From positions 2,046 through 66,045 of the IMG/VR virus record IMGVR_UViG_3300037258_000283: 64,000 nt of DNA; one strand, written 5' to 3'. The stretch's first letter is position 1. Each line of letters begins with the position of its first letter. A program made the translations under genes and the position numbers. Source of the DNA: a virus. Its lineage: Duplodnaviria > Caudoviricetes. The notes under the pieces were generated by a model. The model worked only from the letters and a program-made list of their open reading frames with translations, had not been told where the DNA came from and searched no databases. Shown piece by piece: positions 36,253-46,790 of this stretch.

Positions 36253-36705
36253 TCACCACCGGCCCGACGTGGAGGGCAGCCGGGCCGGCTCCGCTTCCTG
36301 GACACGCTCCCGGGCTCCGCCCGGCTCGAACGCCTCGAAGTGCCGGTAGACGTGCCGCAGCCACTCCCGGGGGCGCTCCGCCGCCGCGCGCTTCAGGCAG
36401 ACGTCCTGCGGCGTGTCCAGGACGACCACCCGGAAGCCCTTCAGCGCGAACGCCTCCCGCTCCGCCGCCTTCGGTGCACACTTGATCACCCAGGCGTCCA
36501 CGTCCCGCCGCCGGGCGTACAGCTCCAGCACCGCGTCCCGGGCCGCGAAGACGTACGGCTTGATCGAGGGGGCGTGGTAGTGCTCTTCGTCCCCTCCCAG
36601 CGCGCACATGAGCGCGTCGAAGTCCACGACAAGGTCCCCCGGGCGCTTGTGCCGGGCCACGTACAGGTTCTTGCCGGAGCACGGCGCGCCGGTGACCAGG
36701 GTCAT
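36253..36705 (-). CDS. small P-loop NTPase/kinase
   Basis: VTGAPCSGK, VVDFD, VVLDTP..VCLKRA..ERP. Confidence 0.75.
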   Translation of the reverse strand: MTLVTGAPCSGKNLYVARHKRPGDLVVDFDALMCALGGDEEHYHAPSIKPYVFAARDAVLELYARRRDVDAWVIKCAPKAAEREAFALKGFRVVVLDTPQDVCLKRAAAERPREWLRHVYRHFEAFEPGGARERVQEAEPARLPSTSGRW

Positions 36706-37451
36706 CACAGCTCCACGCACCCGATCACCGGCAGGAACAGCAGGCAGGTGGGCGACGGCGCGGCGGAGGTCGGAGCCGTGGACGGCGCGGCGGAGGTGGT
36801 GCCCGGTGCCGGTGTCACCGGATCGACCGGCACCGGGGTCAGGGTGGTGGACGGTGCGGGAACCGGCACACGGCGCGGGGGCCGGCTCCGGGTGGACGTC
36901 GCCGTGGCCGGCGTGGTGGAGGGGGGCGGTTCGCTCCCGGCCGTGGACGGTGCCTGTGCCGGGGTCGTGCCCGCGCTTGCGCCGGGCTGGGACGGTTCGC
37001 TCCCGGTGGACCCCGTCGCTTGCACCGGGGACACGGACACGGTCACACCCGGCAGTACCGTACCGACGGTAAAGGACGACGTCTTCCCCGGCGCGGTGAC
37101 GTCGATCCGCTGTACAGCCGCCTGCGACGTCGCTGGAGCCGCAGTGGTGCCGGTGCCCGCGCTCGTGCCGCTGCGTCCGGCAGAGGCGCTGCCGTGCGCC
37201 GTGGCGGAGGCACCGGGCACGACCGGACCGCCCGCCGCAGCGGTGCCGCCGGACCCCGGTGCAGGGATCGTGGGACCCAGTGCGGCGGGCGGTCCGAGCG
37301 GGGCGAGGCCGGAGTCATGGTCTGCCAGCAGGATGCCGCCCCCGGCGGACGCGGCCAGGATTCCGGCGGCCGTCCAGCGCCGCCAGTGGACCGGCCTGCG
37401 GTGTGCCGCGTGCGCGGTGCGCCACCAGGCCGGGCGGTTGTGACTGGACAT
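36705..37451 (-). CDS. Thr/Pro/Ser-rich membrane-anchored or secreted protein
   Basis: HRR..WRRW plus TM helix, low-complexity body, CLLFLPVIGC end; GAGGAACC RBS. Confidence 0.65.
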   Translation of the reverse strand: MSSHNRPAWWRTAHAAHRRPVHWRRWTAAGILAASAGGGILLADHDSGLAPLGPPAALGPTIPAPGSGGTAAAGGPVVPGASATAHGSASAGRSGTSAGTGTTAAPATSQAAVQRIDVTAPGKTSSFTVGTVLPGVTVSVSPVQATGSTGSEPSQPGASAGTTPAQAPSTAGSEPPPSTTPATATSTRSRPPRRVPVPAPSTTLTPVPVDPVTPAPGTTSAAPSTAPTSAAPSPTCLLFLPVIGCVEL

Positions 37452-37474
37452 CGGTTCCTCCCGCCGCCAGGGTC

Positions 37475-40400
37475 TCAGGTGTTCGGTGTGACCTCGGTGA
37501 ATGTGACCTTGACGAACCGTACCGGGTTGGTCCGGCGCTGACCGGTCACCTGGATCTCCCCGGACAGGTCGCCGTTCGGGCGCACCCACCACGCGTGGTC
37601 CACGTCGCTCTGGAGGAACAGCGTACGTCCCAGCTTCAGCAGGGCCTTCAGCTGGAAGTACTCCGCATGGTTCATGACCAGGGTCAGCTGGAAGCTGTCC
37701 GCCTTGTAGCCCTCGGTGAGCACCACCGGGTAGTCGGCCCCCAGCGGCTGGTAGACGGAGGACGTGTTGGTTGTGCCGACGGCCAGCGGGTTGGCCTGGA
37801 CCCGCAGCATCATGTTGCTGTCCGGGTCCACCATGTCCTTGAGCCACCAGTTCGACGCCACCAGCGACACTTCGTCGCTGGTGGGTCCGTAGCCGGAGAC
37901 GAACTGGTCCCCGGCCAGGCCGTAGGCCACCGTCTGTGCGCGGTAGCGCCGGTTCGTCAACGGGACCACGGTGTGGTCGATGACCGTGATCAGGCCCGAC
38001 AGCGGGTCGTAGGACGGCGGGGTGTCGGTGAACCCGGGCAGCACGGTCCAGTCCCCGTACCCGGTGCCGGGGTCGTCGGCGTACTGGATCACCGGCACCG
38101 ACCAGACGGCGTGGGCCGTGCGCCCGGTGCCGTTCCGCCAGACCACGGCGTCGCCGATCATGATCCCGATCCGGTCGAAGTAGATCAGGTCGGAGACCGC
38201 CCGGCCGGAGACCGAGACGGACCCGGAGATCCGGGTGGTGCCGTCGGGGACCGTGAAGGTGGCCGCCGACGCCGTCCACAGCGTGGTACTGAACGGCGTG
38301 CCCTGGGCCGTGGCCGTGCTGATCAGCTCATTGGCCCGGTAGAAGGACAGGGACAGGTACGGCGTACCGCTGCTGCTGCCCAGGAAGCTGGCCACGAAGG
38401 TGGCCTGGTTGCCCCCCAGGACCAAGATGTTCGGGTCCAGCTTGGACAGGTCCACCGACGCCGGGAGCGTCGCCTTCGCCAGCCCGGCCGTGATCGGCGT
38501 GGCCGGCCGGATGATCCCGATCCAGCTGGCCGCCGACGTCAGCACGGAGCCGGAGCCCGGAGTGAACACGCCGGTGACGGAGGTGTTCCCGGTCGGCACC
38601 ACGCCGTTGGAGTCGTACACGGCCGTGGTCACCCACGGCGTGGCGCTGCCCACGGTGGTGTCGGCCCGCTCCGTCTCGTTCGCGCCGGGGGACGGCGGGG
38701 ACGGCAGCGGCTTGATAAACCCCATCCATGACACGGCCGCGTAGAAGCTGCGGCTGATCTCCCCGAAGCCGCTCTGTGCGCCCGCGCCCACCGGACCGTT
38801 GGAATCGGCCAGTGCCACGGCGACCTCGTACCAGGTCCAGTCCTGCTGCACCCAGTCGTTGGAGCGCATTGCTGTCTCCGAGACGCCCCAGGTCGGGGTG
38901 TAGATCGCGGAGGCCCCGAAGATGCTGACCCGCCAGGCGGAGCTGTTGGTGTTGGTCACGGTGGCCGTGGTGAGGAAGTCGCTGTTGTTCGTGGCGGACA
39001 CGTTCTCCGCCAGGAACTGGTTCGCGGCCACGTCGGCGTTCCGGTAGGCCGACGCCTCCGACAGCATGGCGACCGTAGACGAAGACGACAGGACCCCGGT
39101 CCAGCTGGTCGGCTCGCTGCTCCCGGCCGTGCGCTTGAACACGGCCATGGTCTGCGGCCCGGTGCCGTCGCTCTGGATCTTCTGGTGCACCAGGGTCCAG
39201 CCGGACGGGGCGTTCACGGTGGTGATGGAGCCGAACACGGACAGAACCGCGATCATCAGGTCACCGGACACGACCCCCGACGGCCGGTTGATCGTGTAGG
39301 ACGTGGTGGTGGCCGTGCTCCCCCAGGCCGTGGCACGGCCGACGTAGGCGATCGGGGGCACCACCGACGGGGGCAGGATGTTGGCGGTCATGCTGCCGCC
39401 GGTGGTCGGGGACGCCACGGCGAAGGCCGCTACCCTCCACGCGTTCGGGTCGGTGTTGGCGACCGTGGCCGTGGTGGCGTACAGCGGGGTGGGCGTGGAC
39501 CGGGACGACACGTTCTCCGCCAGGAACTGCTGGCTGACGTCGGCCGCGCCGGAGTAGGCCACCACCACCGCCTCCCGGCGGGTGGAGACCGTGCCGACCA
39601 CCCCGGCGTACGAGGACGGCTCACCGCCTCCGCTGGACCGGGCCAGCACCCACAGCGTGGTCCCGGACGACGTGGCCGTGTCCACCAGCGTCCACCCGGC
39701 CGGGGGAGTGATCGAGCCTGCCACCGACGACGTCACGTAAGCGATCATCAGGTCGGTGGCGACCACCCCGGCCGGGGTGTTCAGCGTGTAGTCGCTGCCG
39801 GACGTCGGGGTGGTGAAGACGGTGCCGGTGGCCCGGTAGCCGATCGAGGGGGTGATCCCGGTGTACGTGATCCTGTTGGTGGAGGTCCCGTGCGACCCGG
39901 TGCCGGTCGTGGCCACCAGCGCGATCGTGGACCCCGAGGACGCCACCCAGCTGGTGGCCGTCGGAGAGTCGCCGGTGGCCAGGAAGCTGGACAGGATGTT
40001 CCGGGACGCGTGGCCGCCGTCGGACCACAGTGAGTTGGTGCCGTACATCAGACCGACGTGGTCCACGTTGTGGATCTCCGCGTTCGCCGGGGACACCACC
40101 TCCAACTGGACCGCTGCCCAGACGGCTGCGGCCGGGACGGTGCCGGTAGCGGTGATCTCCGTCCAGGTGGAGGTGGAGTCCGTCCCGGTCCCGGTGAGCG
40201 TCCCGGAGACGGAGGAGAAGTTCATGTCGTAGAACAGGCAGCGGATGTTGATCGTGCGTCCCGTGGCCGCCGCCAGGAACTGGGACCGGACGGTGACCGG
40301 CGCGCCGGCCGCTATCGGGACCATGGTGGAGCTGGCGGACATGGTGGCCGCACTGGACGCGGTCAGGCGTCCCGACGCCACCCCGGCGTACGAGACGGAG

Positions 40401-41407
40401 GTGTCCTGGACCATCACCGCGTTGGCGGTGGTGTACTCCAGGGCGTCGGTCAGCGTCTCGAAGTCCGCCTGCTGCACCGAGAGCAGGTTGGAACTGTCCC
40501 GCAGCGTGAGCGCGACGGAGGACGTGTAGGCGTCCGGGACGACCGAGACGACACCGATCCCCGGGACGCCCGAGACGGTGTTGTCGTTGCCCGGGACACC
40601 GGGAGCGGGACCGTCCACCGAGAACGACCGGGACGCCCACGGCGAGACAGCGCCGGAGCTGGAGACGACCCGGACGTATACCGCGTAGTTGTCCGGGTCC
40701 AGGGAGGTGGGCAGCGTGTCCGAGACGATGTCCCCGGTCACGGTGGCTGCGTACACCGGCGGGGCCGTGTCCGGGCTGAAGGAGGGGTCGGCCGCCTGGA
40801 TCGCGGTGAAGACCCGGTAGTCGGCAGAGGTCTGGAGGTCCCCGTCCGGCTGCGCGTAGGTCCACGTGACCGTGGGGGAGGGGGTCAGCACGGTGCCGGT
40901 CGGCCCGGTGACGGTCACCACGGCCGCCGCCCGGTAGTTGACCACGGCGTACAGCTCGTAGACGTTCACACAGCCGCCCACGGCCGTGTAGGTGAAGCAC
41001 TGGAGGAGCAGTTTGTTCAGCCGGTGGACGTCCCAGGCGTAGCCCAGCGGGTCCCGCGAGTAGGTGCCGACGGTGTAGGTGGTCGGCGTGGACGTCGGGT
41101 AGATCGTGCGGGAGGTGAACCGGGACGTGTCGTCGGTACAGCTCATGTTCACGGTCAGCGAGACAGCGGCACTGGTCGTCTTCGCGCAGCGGACCTGGAT
41201 CACCACGGAGGTGATCACGGCTCCGGCCGGGACGGTGGTGACGTCGATCGGGAAGGAGCAGCAGGCGCGGCCCTTGCTCGCCGGGCACGCGCAGTAGTTC
41301 GTGTCCGAGGTGCTGGACCAGCACTGGTTCAGGGTGGCGAAGGCTCCGGCGAAGGTCCACCCCTCGTTCCGGAAGTCGGTGATCGGCTTGTGGCTGAAGG
41401 AGGTCAC
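37475..41407 (-). CDS. large minor tail protein
   Basis: ~1310 aa, Thr/Ser-rich, directly after the tape measure gene; duplicated DLMIA...GWTLV...QFLAENVS domain. Confidence 0.8.
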   Translation of the reverse strand: MTSFSHKPITDFRNEGWTFAGAFATLNQCWSSTSDTNYCACPASKGRACCSFPIDVTTVPAGAVITSVVIQVRCAKTTSAAVSLTVNMSCTDDTSRFTSRTIYPTSTPTTYTVGTYSRDPLGYAWDVHRLNKLLLQCFTYTAVGGCVNVYELYAVVNYRAAAVVTVTGPTGTVLTPSPTVTWTYAQPDGDLQTSADYRVFTAIQAADPSFSPDTAPPVYAATVTGDIVSDTLPTSLDPDNYAVYVRVVSSSGAVSPWASRSFSVDGPAPGVPGNDNTVSGVPGIGVVSVVPDAYTSSVALTLRDSSNLLSVQQADFETLTDALEYTTANAVMVQDTSVSYAGVASGRLTASSAATMSASSTMVPIAAGAPVTVRSQFLAAATGRTINIRCLFYDMNFSSVSGTLTGTGTDSTSTWTEITATGTVPAAAVWAAVQLEVVSPANAEIHNVDHVGLMYGTNSLWSDGGHASRNILSSFLATGDSPTATSWVASSGSTIALVATTGTGSHGTSTNRITYTGITPSIGYRATGTVFTTPTSGSDYTLNTPAGVVATDLMIAYVTSSVAGSITPPAGWTLVDTATSSGTTLWVLARSSGGGEPSSYAGVVGTVSTRREAVVVAYSGAADVSQQFLAENVSSRSTPTPLYATTATVANTDPNAWRVAAFAVASPTTGGSMTANILPPSVVPPIAYVGRATAWGSTATTTSYTINRPSGVVSGDLMIAVLSVFGSITTVNAPSGWTLVHQKIQSDGTGPQTMAVFKRTAGSSEPTSWTGVLSSSSTVAMLSEASAYRNADVAANQFLAENVSATNNSDFLTTATVTNTNSSAWRVSIFGASAIYTPTWGVSETAMRSNDWVQQDWTWYEVAVALADSNGPVGAGAQSGFGEISRSFYAAVSWMGFIKPLPSPPSPGANETERADTTVGSATPWVTTAVYDSNGVVPTGNTSVTGVFTPGSGSVLTSAASWIGIIRPATPITAGLAKATLPASVDLSKLDPNILVLGGNQATFVASFLGSSSGTPYLSLSFYRANELISTATAQGTPFSTTLWTASAATFTVPDGTTRISGSVSVSGRAVSDLIYFDRIGIMIGDAVVWRNGTGRTAHAVWSVPVIQYADDPGTGYGDWTVLPGFTDTPPSYDPLSGLITVIDHTVVPLTNRRYRAQTVAYGLAGDQFVSGYGPTSDEVSLVASNWWLKDMVDPDSNMMLRVQANPLAVGTTNTSSVYQPLGADYPVVLTEGYKADSFQLTLVMNHAEYFQLKALLKLGRTLFLQSDVDHAWWVRPNGDLSGEIQVTGQRRTNPVRFVKVTFTEVTPNT

Positions 41408-44400
41408 GGTTTCCTGCCTACTCCCTGCTTCAGCGCCAGCCGGAGCTGTGGGACCACGGTACGCCCCAGATGGTCCATGGTCTCCGGGGTGGCGTTCCCG
41501 GTGATCGTCACCGGCATGTTGACCGTGACGTCCCCGCCGCCGCCGGACAGGGCGTTCCGCAGGTCGGCGTTCGACATGATCGACTCTCCGCCCCGGGTCT
41601 GCATCAGCTCCGGTCCCAGCTCCCCGACGATCGACATACCGGGCCTGGCGTAGGTCGTCCCGGCCGCGTACTTGGCCGTCGGATCGAACCCGTAATGCCA
41701 CATGAACAACGGGTCGTTCCACCCGCGCGCGCCGGAGCCCACGTGAATGCCGCCCGCCGCCGACTCCACGTTGACGCCGTTCAGGGTGCCCGCCGTGTGG
41801 CCGACCCCGGCACTGGTCACGCCGATCATGAACGGTGCCTTCGCGTTCTCCACCCACCCGGGCGCGGCCGTGGCACCGTCGAAGGACATCGTGGCCCACT
41901 GCCGGTGCGGCTGCATCCCCTGGATCACGGATTCAATCGCGGACATGAAGCCCGAGTTGTGCACCACCACCCCGTCGGCGATGAAGTTGTGAGCCCCTTC
42001 CACCTCGAGATCGTACGTGTCCTGTATCCCCTCACAGCTGACCTCGAGCACCCGGGTAACCGTGAAGTCGCCCGCGTCCATCCATGCGGCGACTCCGGGA
42101 AGACGCCTCAGCGCTGCCTCTCCGCGTCCCGTCCCGGGCCACACCGTGAAGCTGTGGAGGGGCAGTGCGTTCCTGACCCGGACACACTTGATAGTGATCG
42201 GCTTCGTCCGGTGGTTGGTGGACACGTTGGAGACCGGCTGACCCATCATGATGTGCAGGGCACGGACGTCCTCGAGCAGTTCACGGGATGCCGACGCGTA
42301 TGTGCGCTCTCCGTGCTTGGCGGGGTTCTGCGGGTGGTGGCCGTCAGCGTCGCAGTACCCGTTCAGGAACGCCTGCCGGAGCTCTGCCACCCAGGTCCAC
42401 ACCGCGTCAGGGACACGCTTCTCCGGACCCGGTACCCGGAGACCCATGCCCTCGAGCATTCTGACCAGGGACACGCTCGAGGCGACCACACCGTGTTTGG
42501 CAGACGTAAAGCTGTTGATCCCCAGTGACGCGAACACCTGCTGTGCCCGAACGCTGTCGTCTCCGTACACGCATATCCGGATCGTGTTGTCCGTGAGGTA
42601 TCCGTCCCCGATGAACAGCCCCAGGAGCCACGCAACGTCATCCGTTACGGGGGTTCCGTCGGGGAGGCGGGCGTCGTCAACGCTGTCGGGCCGCATCTCC
42701 CGGGGCTGGACAAGCAGGTCCCCGCGCTCGAGTTCGTCCAGCCGCGCCCATTCAACGCCGTACCGGGCCGGGGACTGCTCCCCGCGACGGCCGCCCCTGA
42801 TGCGCCTCGCGGGCTCGACCTCCACCAGTTTCATGAACGGGTGGTTGGCCGACGCCGTGACGATCCGGTTACGGGTGCGGACCCGGTACACCTGCTGGGT
42901 CTCTGACTGCCATGCAGCCGTGACCGTCTGGACGGTCACCTTCCCGTCCACGTAGGAGAAGACCTCGTCTCCGGCAGCCACATCCTTGATCGGGGTTGCC
43001 CCATGGGGGCCATAAATCCTCACAGGTCCTGTTATACAGCAGTCCCAGGAGGGGTTCCCATTACCGCCCCACTGGTACGGCTTGCCGTTCTGCGTGCGTG
43101 CCCAGGCGAGTGCGGTCACGGAACTCCCGGTGCCGACCGGGCCGCCGCCGGACCCGGCCGGGGCGACGTCCTTGCCTTTCACCCACGACTCGATCGTGCT
43201 GACCATCTTGGTGGGGATGGCGTCCGCCAGCGTCTGGAGGTCGCCGGACGGGGTCACGGCGTTGATCGTCCCGATAGCTCCCTTGAGCATGGCGTTCAGC
43301 GCCGGGTCGATGACGTCGGCCACGCCACCGAGGACCACGTTCTTCAGCGCGTCCGCCGCGCTGCTGATCGCTCCGCCGATGCCCTTCACCACACCGGTGA
43401 TCGTCCCCAGGACCCCGCCGCCGCTGGCGTAGTTGCCGGCCGCGTCCCCCAGCGTGCGCACCGGGGCACCGCCCATGACCGCGCTGCGCAGGGCCGCCAC
43501 GGCGTTGTGGCCGCCGGCGGCGGCCACCTCCGCCGCCGTCCAGACGTGCTCCCCGTTCGACAGGGCTGCCATCACGGAGTCCGAGGTGGCCGTCCCCGGG
43601 CCGGAGACCGGGCCACCGGCCGCGAACGCGGGGAGCACGAAGGGCTGGAGCTTCGAGGCACCGAAGACCCCGGCGACGTCGTTCCACAGCGCCACGATGC
43701 CCTCGTTGTACACCACGTCCACGATCGCCTGGATAGGCGCGCGGACGATGTTCTTGATCGAGTTCCAGGCCGCCCCGATGGCGTTGACCCCGGCCGTGAA
43801 GGCACTGGGAATAGTCTTGGTGAAGAAGGTGCTGAGCGGGTTCCAGAAGGTCGTGAGGAAGAAGTTCAGCCCGGCGTTGAACACGGCCTGGAGCGCCGTC
43901 CAGAGCGCGCCCGCCGCCGTCTGGAGCGCCGACCAGACGGCCGTGGCCGCCGTCTTGATCAGGTTCCACGCCGTGGACCAGGCCGTCTCCAGCACGGAGA
44001 GGAAGGCGGAGAAAGCGGCCTTGATCGCGGTCCAGACCGCCGCCGCTGCCGTCTCCAGCGCCCCCCAGATCGCGGTACCGGCTGCCTTGACAGCATTCCA
44101 GGCCGTGTTCCAAACCGTCTCCACACCGGTCAGGAAGGTCTGGAACACGCTGGATATGGCTGTCCAGATCGCCTGTCCGACAGCCTTGATCGCATTCCAG
44201 GACGAAGAGAAGAAAGCGGAGAAGACGGACATGAACCCGTTGTAGATCGTCAGGAGAACGTCGGTGAACGCCTGCCAAGCAGCGGACATCACGTTCCATA
44301 TGGCCTGGCCGGCGGCCTTGATCGCGTTCCAGGCGACGCCCCAGTTTCCGGTGAAGATCGCGAAGAACGTGGTGAAGATCGCTGTCACCACCGCCCACAG

Positions 44401-46449
44401 TGCGGACCAGGCAGCGGAGATCACGGACCAGACACCGGTGGCGATCGAGACGACCACCGACCACGCTGCTTTGAAGATCGCTGAGAAGGTCGCGTAGAAG
44501 ACGTTCCATATCCCGGTGACCACAGACCACAGGATCGACCATGCGCCCGACAGCACCGACCAGGCCAGCTGCGCCACAGCACTGATCAGGGCCCAGAAAA
44601 CCTTCCACTCCGCTGTCAGGACCGACACGAAGACGGTCCAGACGGCCTGGATCACAGCCCACACCGCTTGCCAGGCGTCCTGGAGTGCGGTCCAGACAGC
44701 TTGAGCTGACGTAGACACGTCCGTCCAGCCGGTGGTGAAGTCGGTCCCCCACACCGACCAGAAGTCATTCCAGATGTCCGTGAAGAACGTCCACAGGTCC
44801 TGCCACAGCTGTTGCAGGGACTGCCAGACGTCCTGTGCCGCGAGCTTCGCCTGAGGCCACACGGTGTCCCAGGACTTGAACACGGGGTCCATGACCCCGT
44901 GGTAGGCGTCGGACAGCCCGCCGACCGTGTCCGACCAGGCGCTCTGCATCCATCCCCAGACGTCGGAGGCCACCTGCTTGATCGTTCCCCAGATCGCGGA
45001 CCAGTGCGCGGCCACGAAGATCAGTACACCGACCGGCCCCATCAGGATCAGCAGCAGTTGCCCCATGCCCTGGGTCAGGAAATTCCAGACATCCACGGCG
45101 GTGCCCTTGATCGCATTCCAGGTGGCCGCCCACGCGCTCTGCAACCAGCCCCAGACAGCGGAGGCCGCGTCCTTGATCGCGCCCCAGACCGTGGACCAGT
45201 ACGACACCAGGAAGTAGATCCCGACCCCCAGCGCCACCAGCGCGGCCACCACGACAAGGACGGTCAGTGCCATCCCGGCAAAGAGGATCAGCAGTGGGCT
45301 GGTAGCCAGGGCCAGGGCGAAGGACACGGTGGCGGCTATGGCCCCGTAGAGGTTGAAGGCCAGCAGTGCGGCGTTCCACGCCAGGTAGGCGTATGCCAGG
45401 TCCTGGATCAGGGACGGGTTCAGCTTGGCGATCAGGTTGAGAAGGATCACCACCGCGCTGAGGGACAGGCCGCTCATGTTCTTGGCGGCCTTGAACAGGT
45501 TGAGCAGGGAGTCACCCAGTGACTTGGCGGACTGGATCAGGGCCGGTCCGTTCTGCTTCAGATAGGTCATGAAGTCGGAGAACCCGCCGCCGGAGGCCCA
45601 CTTCTGGAAGTCCTCCGCCACGTCCTTGACCCAGCTGCCGAAGTCCACCCCCAGCGGGGCCGTGGCCCGCATACCGTCCCCGAGGGCTCCGAACAGCGCC
45701 CTGCCGGCCGCCTCCAGGTCGTACAGCACCGGGATGCCCACCGACTTCACGAACGCCAGGAAGGTGTCCAGACCGCCGCCGGTGACCCAGTTCTTGGTGG
45801 CCGTGGCGATCGACTGGACCACCGGTGCCAGGTCCACGATCACGGAACGGAGCTTGGGGATCGCGTCCGTGGCCGCCTGGACCATCGTCGTGGCCGGACC
45901 CAGGGTATAGCTCATGGTGCTGGTCACCAGGTCCTGCCAGGCACCCTTCATCGTGTCGATGCTCACGGCGAACTGCTGCTGGACCGGGGTGAGCCCGGCT
46001 ATGGCTGCCTGGTGCTGCTTCTCCAGGGCGATGACCTTCGTCTCTTCCGCCCCGTACGCCTTCGTGCCGGCCGTCATGGTGCTGAGCTTGACCTGAGCGG
46101 CGTCCAGGGCGTTGCCGGTGGTGGTCACGGCCGATTTCGCACCGATCACTTCGGAGATGGCCGTCTCCATCACCCCGCCGAATATCCCGACGGCGGCCCC
46201 GGCCCCGATAAACGCGGTGCCCGCCGCCGCACCGATCCCCAGCAGCCCGGCACCGATGGGGACCAGTGCCGGACCGAGGCCGATGATGGCGGAACCGAAG
46301 AGGTCGACACCCTCCGTGAGGTTGCCCCACGCCTTGTTCTGGTCGTCCAGCTTGCTGTTCAGGGTCGCCATGCTGGCCTGGGCAGCGGTCACGCCCGCCG
46401 GGTTGTACGCCGAAACGATACTCAGGGTCAGGCTGGTGATCAGCGCCAC
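41404..46449 (-). CDS. tape measure protein with C-terminal NlpC/P60 domain interrupted by an intein
   Basis: Ala/Trp 11-residue repeats; FAAGG.V.GPGTATSD; GKPYQWGG...WDC|intein|SGF...GHTAG. Confidence 0.93.
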   Translation of the reverse strand: MALITSLTLSIVSAYNPAGVTAAQASMATLNSKLDDQNKAWGNLTEGVDLFGSAIIGLGPALVPIGAGLLGIGAAAGTAFIGAGAAVGIFGGVMETAISEVIGAKSAVTTTGNALDAAQVKLSTMTAGTKAYGAEETKVIALEKQHQAAIAGLTPVQQQFAVSIDTMKGAWQDLVTSTMSYTLGPATTMVQAATDAIPKLRSVIVDLAPVVQSIATATKNWVTGGGLDTFLAFVKSVGIPVLYDLEAAGRALFGALGDGMRATAPLGVDFGSWVKDVAEDFQKWASGGGFSDFMTYLKQNGPALIQSAKSLGDSLLNLFKAAKNMSGLSLSAVVILLNLIAKLNPSLIQDLAYAYLAWNAALLAFNLYGAIAATVSFALALATSPLLILFAGMALTVLVVVAALVALGVGIYFLVSYWSTVWGAIKDAASAVWGWLQSAWAATWNAIKGTAVDVWNFLTQGMGQLLLILMGPVGVLIFVAAHWSAIWGTIKQVASDVWGWMQSAWSDTVGGLSDAYHGVMDPVFKSWDTVWPQAKLAAQDVWQSLQQLWQDLWTFFTDIWNDFWSVWGTDFTTGWTDVSTSAQAVWTALQDAWQAVWAVIQAVWTVFVSVLTAEWKVFWALISAVAQLAWSVLSGAWSILWSVVTGIWNVFYATFSAIFKAAWSVVVSIATGVWSVISAAWSALWAVVTAIFTTFFAIFTGNWGVAWNAIKAAGQAIWNVMSAAWQAFTDVLLTIYNGFMSVFSAFFSSSWNAIKAVGQAIWTAISSVFQTFLTGVETVWNTAWNAVKAAGTAIWGALETAAAAVWTAIKAAFSAFLSVLETAWSTAWNLIKTAATAVWSALQTAAGALWTALQAVFNAGLNFFLTTFWNPLSTFFTKTIPSAFTAGVNAIGAAWNSIKNIVRAPIQAIVDVVYNEGIVALWNDVAGVFGASKLQPFVLPAFAAGGPVSGPGTATSDSVMAALSNGEHVWTAAEVAAAGGHNAVAALRSAVMGGAPVRTLGDAAGNYASGGGVLGTITGVVKGIGGAISSAADALKNVVLGGVADVIDPALNAMLKGAIGTINAVTPSGDLQTLADAIPTKMVSTIESWVKGKDVAPAGSGGGPVGTGSSVTALAWARTQNGKPYQWGGNGNPSWDCCITGPVRIYGPHGATPIKDVAAGDEVFSYVDGKVTVQTVTAAWQSETQQVYRVRTRNRIVTASANHPFMKLVEVEPARRIRGGRRGEQSPARYGVEWARLDELERGDLLVQPREMRPDSVDDARLPDGTPVTDDVAWLLGLFIGDGYLTDNTIRICVYGDDSVRAQQVFASLGINSFTSAKHGVVASSVSLVRMLEGMGLRVPGPEKRVPDAVWTWVAELRQAFLNGYCDADGHHPQNPAKHGERTYASASRELLEDVRALHIMMGQPVSNVSTNHRTKPITIKCVRVRNALPLHSFTVWPGTGRGEAALRRLPGVAAWMDAGDFTVTRVLEVSCEGIQDTYDLEVEGAHNFIADGVVVHNSGFMSAIESVIQGMQPHRQWATMSFDGATAAPGWVENAKAPFMIGVTSAGVGHTAGTLNGVNVESAAGGIHVGSGARGWNDPLFMWHYGFDPTAKYAAGTTYARPGMSIVGELGPELMQTRGGESIMSNADLRNALSGGGGDVTVNMPVTITGNATPETMDHLGRTVVPQLRLALKQGVGRKP
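41956..43038 (-). mobile_element. intein (361 aa) with LAGLIDADG homing endonuclease
   Basis: CITG start; TASANHPF block B; WLLGLFIGDG and FLNGYCDADG; TYDLEVEGAHNFIADGVVVHN end; Ser+1. Confidence 0.93.
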
Positions 46450-46463
46450 GGCGTACCCTCCGA

Positions 46464-46790
46464 TCAGTCGTCCGGCTCGTCATCGTCCGCCGTGTCCTGC
46501 GGCGGGCGGTCGTGCACTTCGTGGGGCCGCTTGTGGTGGGCCGGCTCCGGCATGGGGTTCCGTTCGAAGTTCGCGGCCCCGAACATCCGGCAGAGGTTCT
46601 GGGTCATCTCGTGCAGCTGTGCCAGCGTCTCCGCCTCCCACGACCCGTCCAGCGGACCGGCGTAGCGCTCGTACGCGGCCCACTGAGCCAGCTCACGGGA
46701 GGTATGGATCTCCAGCACCCGGCGCACCGGGACGCCCATCCTCAGTGCTAGCCGGCAGTAGAGCCCCCGTTCGGGTCGCCGGTGAAATCC
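46464..46790 (-). CDS. tail assembly chaperone, -1 frameshift extension
   Basis: Slippery GGATTTC (46784-46790); the -1 frame reads ...RLALRMGVPV...ELAQWAAYERYAGPL. Confidence 0.72.
   Translation of the reverse strand, partial: GFHRRPERGLYCRLALRMGVPVRRVLEIHTSRELAQWAAYERYAGPLDGSWEAETLAQLHEMTQNLCRMFGAANFERNPMPEPAHHKRPHEVHDRPPQDTADDDEPDD

Noticed and set aside
37475-41899. ORF-track start at 41899 for the large tail protein
   Set aside because: It would overlap the tape measure gene by ~500 bp; GTG at 41407 overlapping the TMP stop is more plausible.
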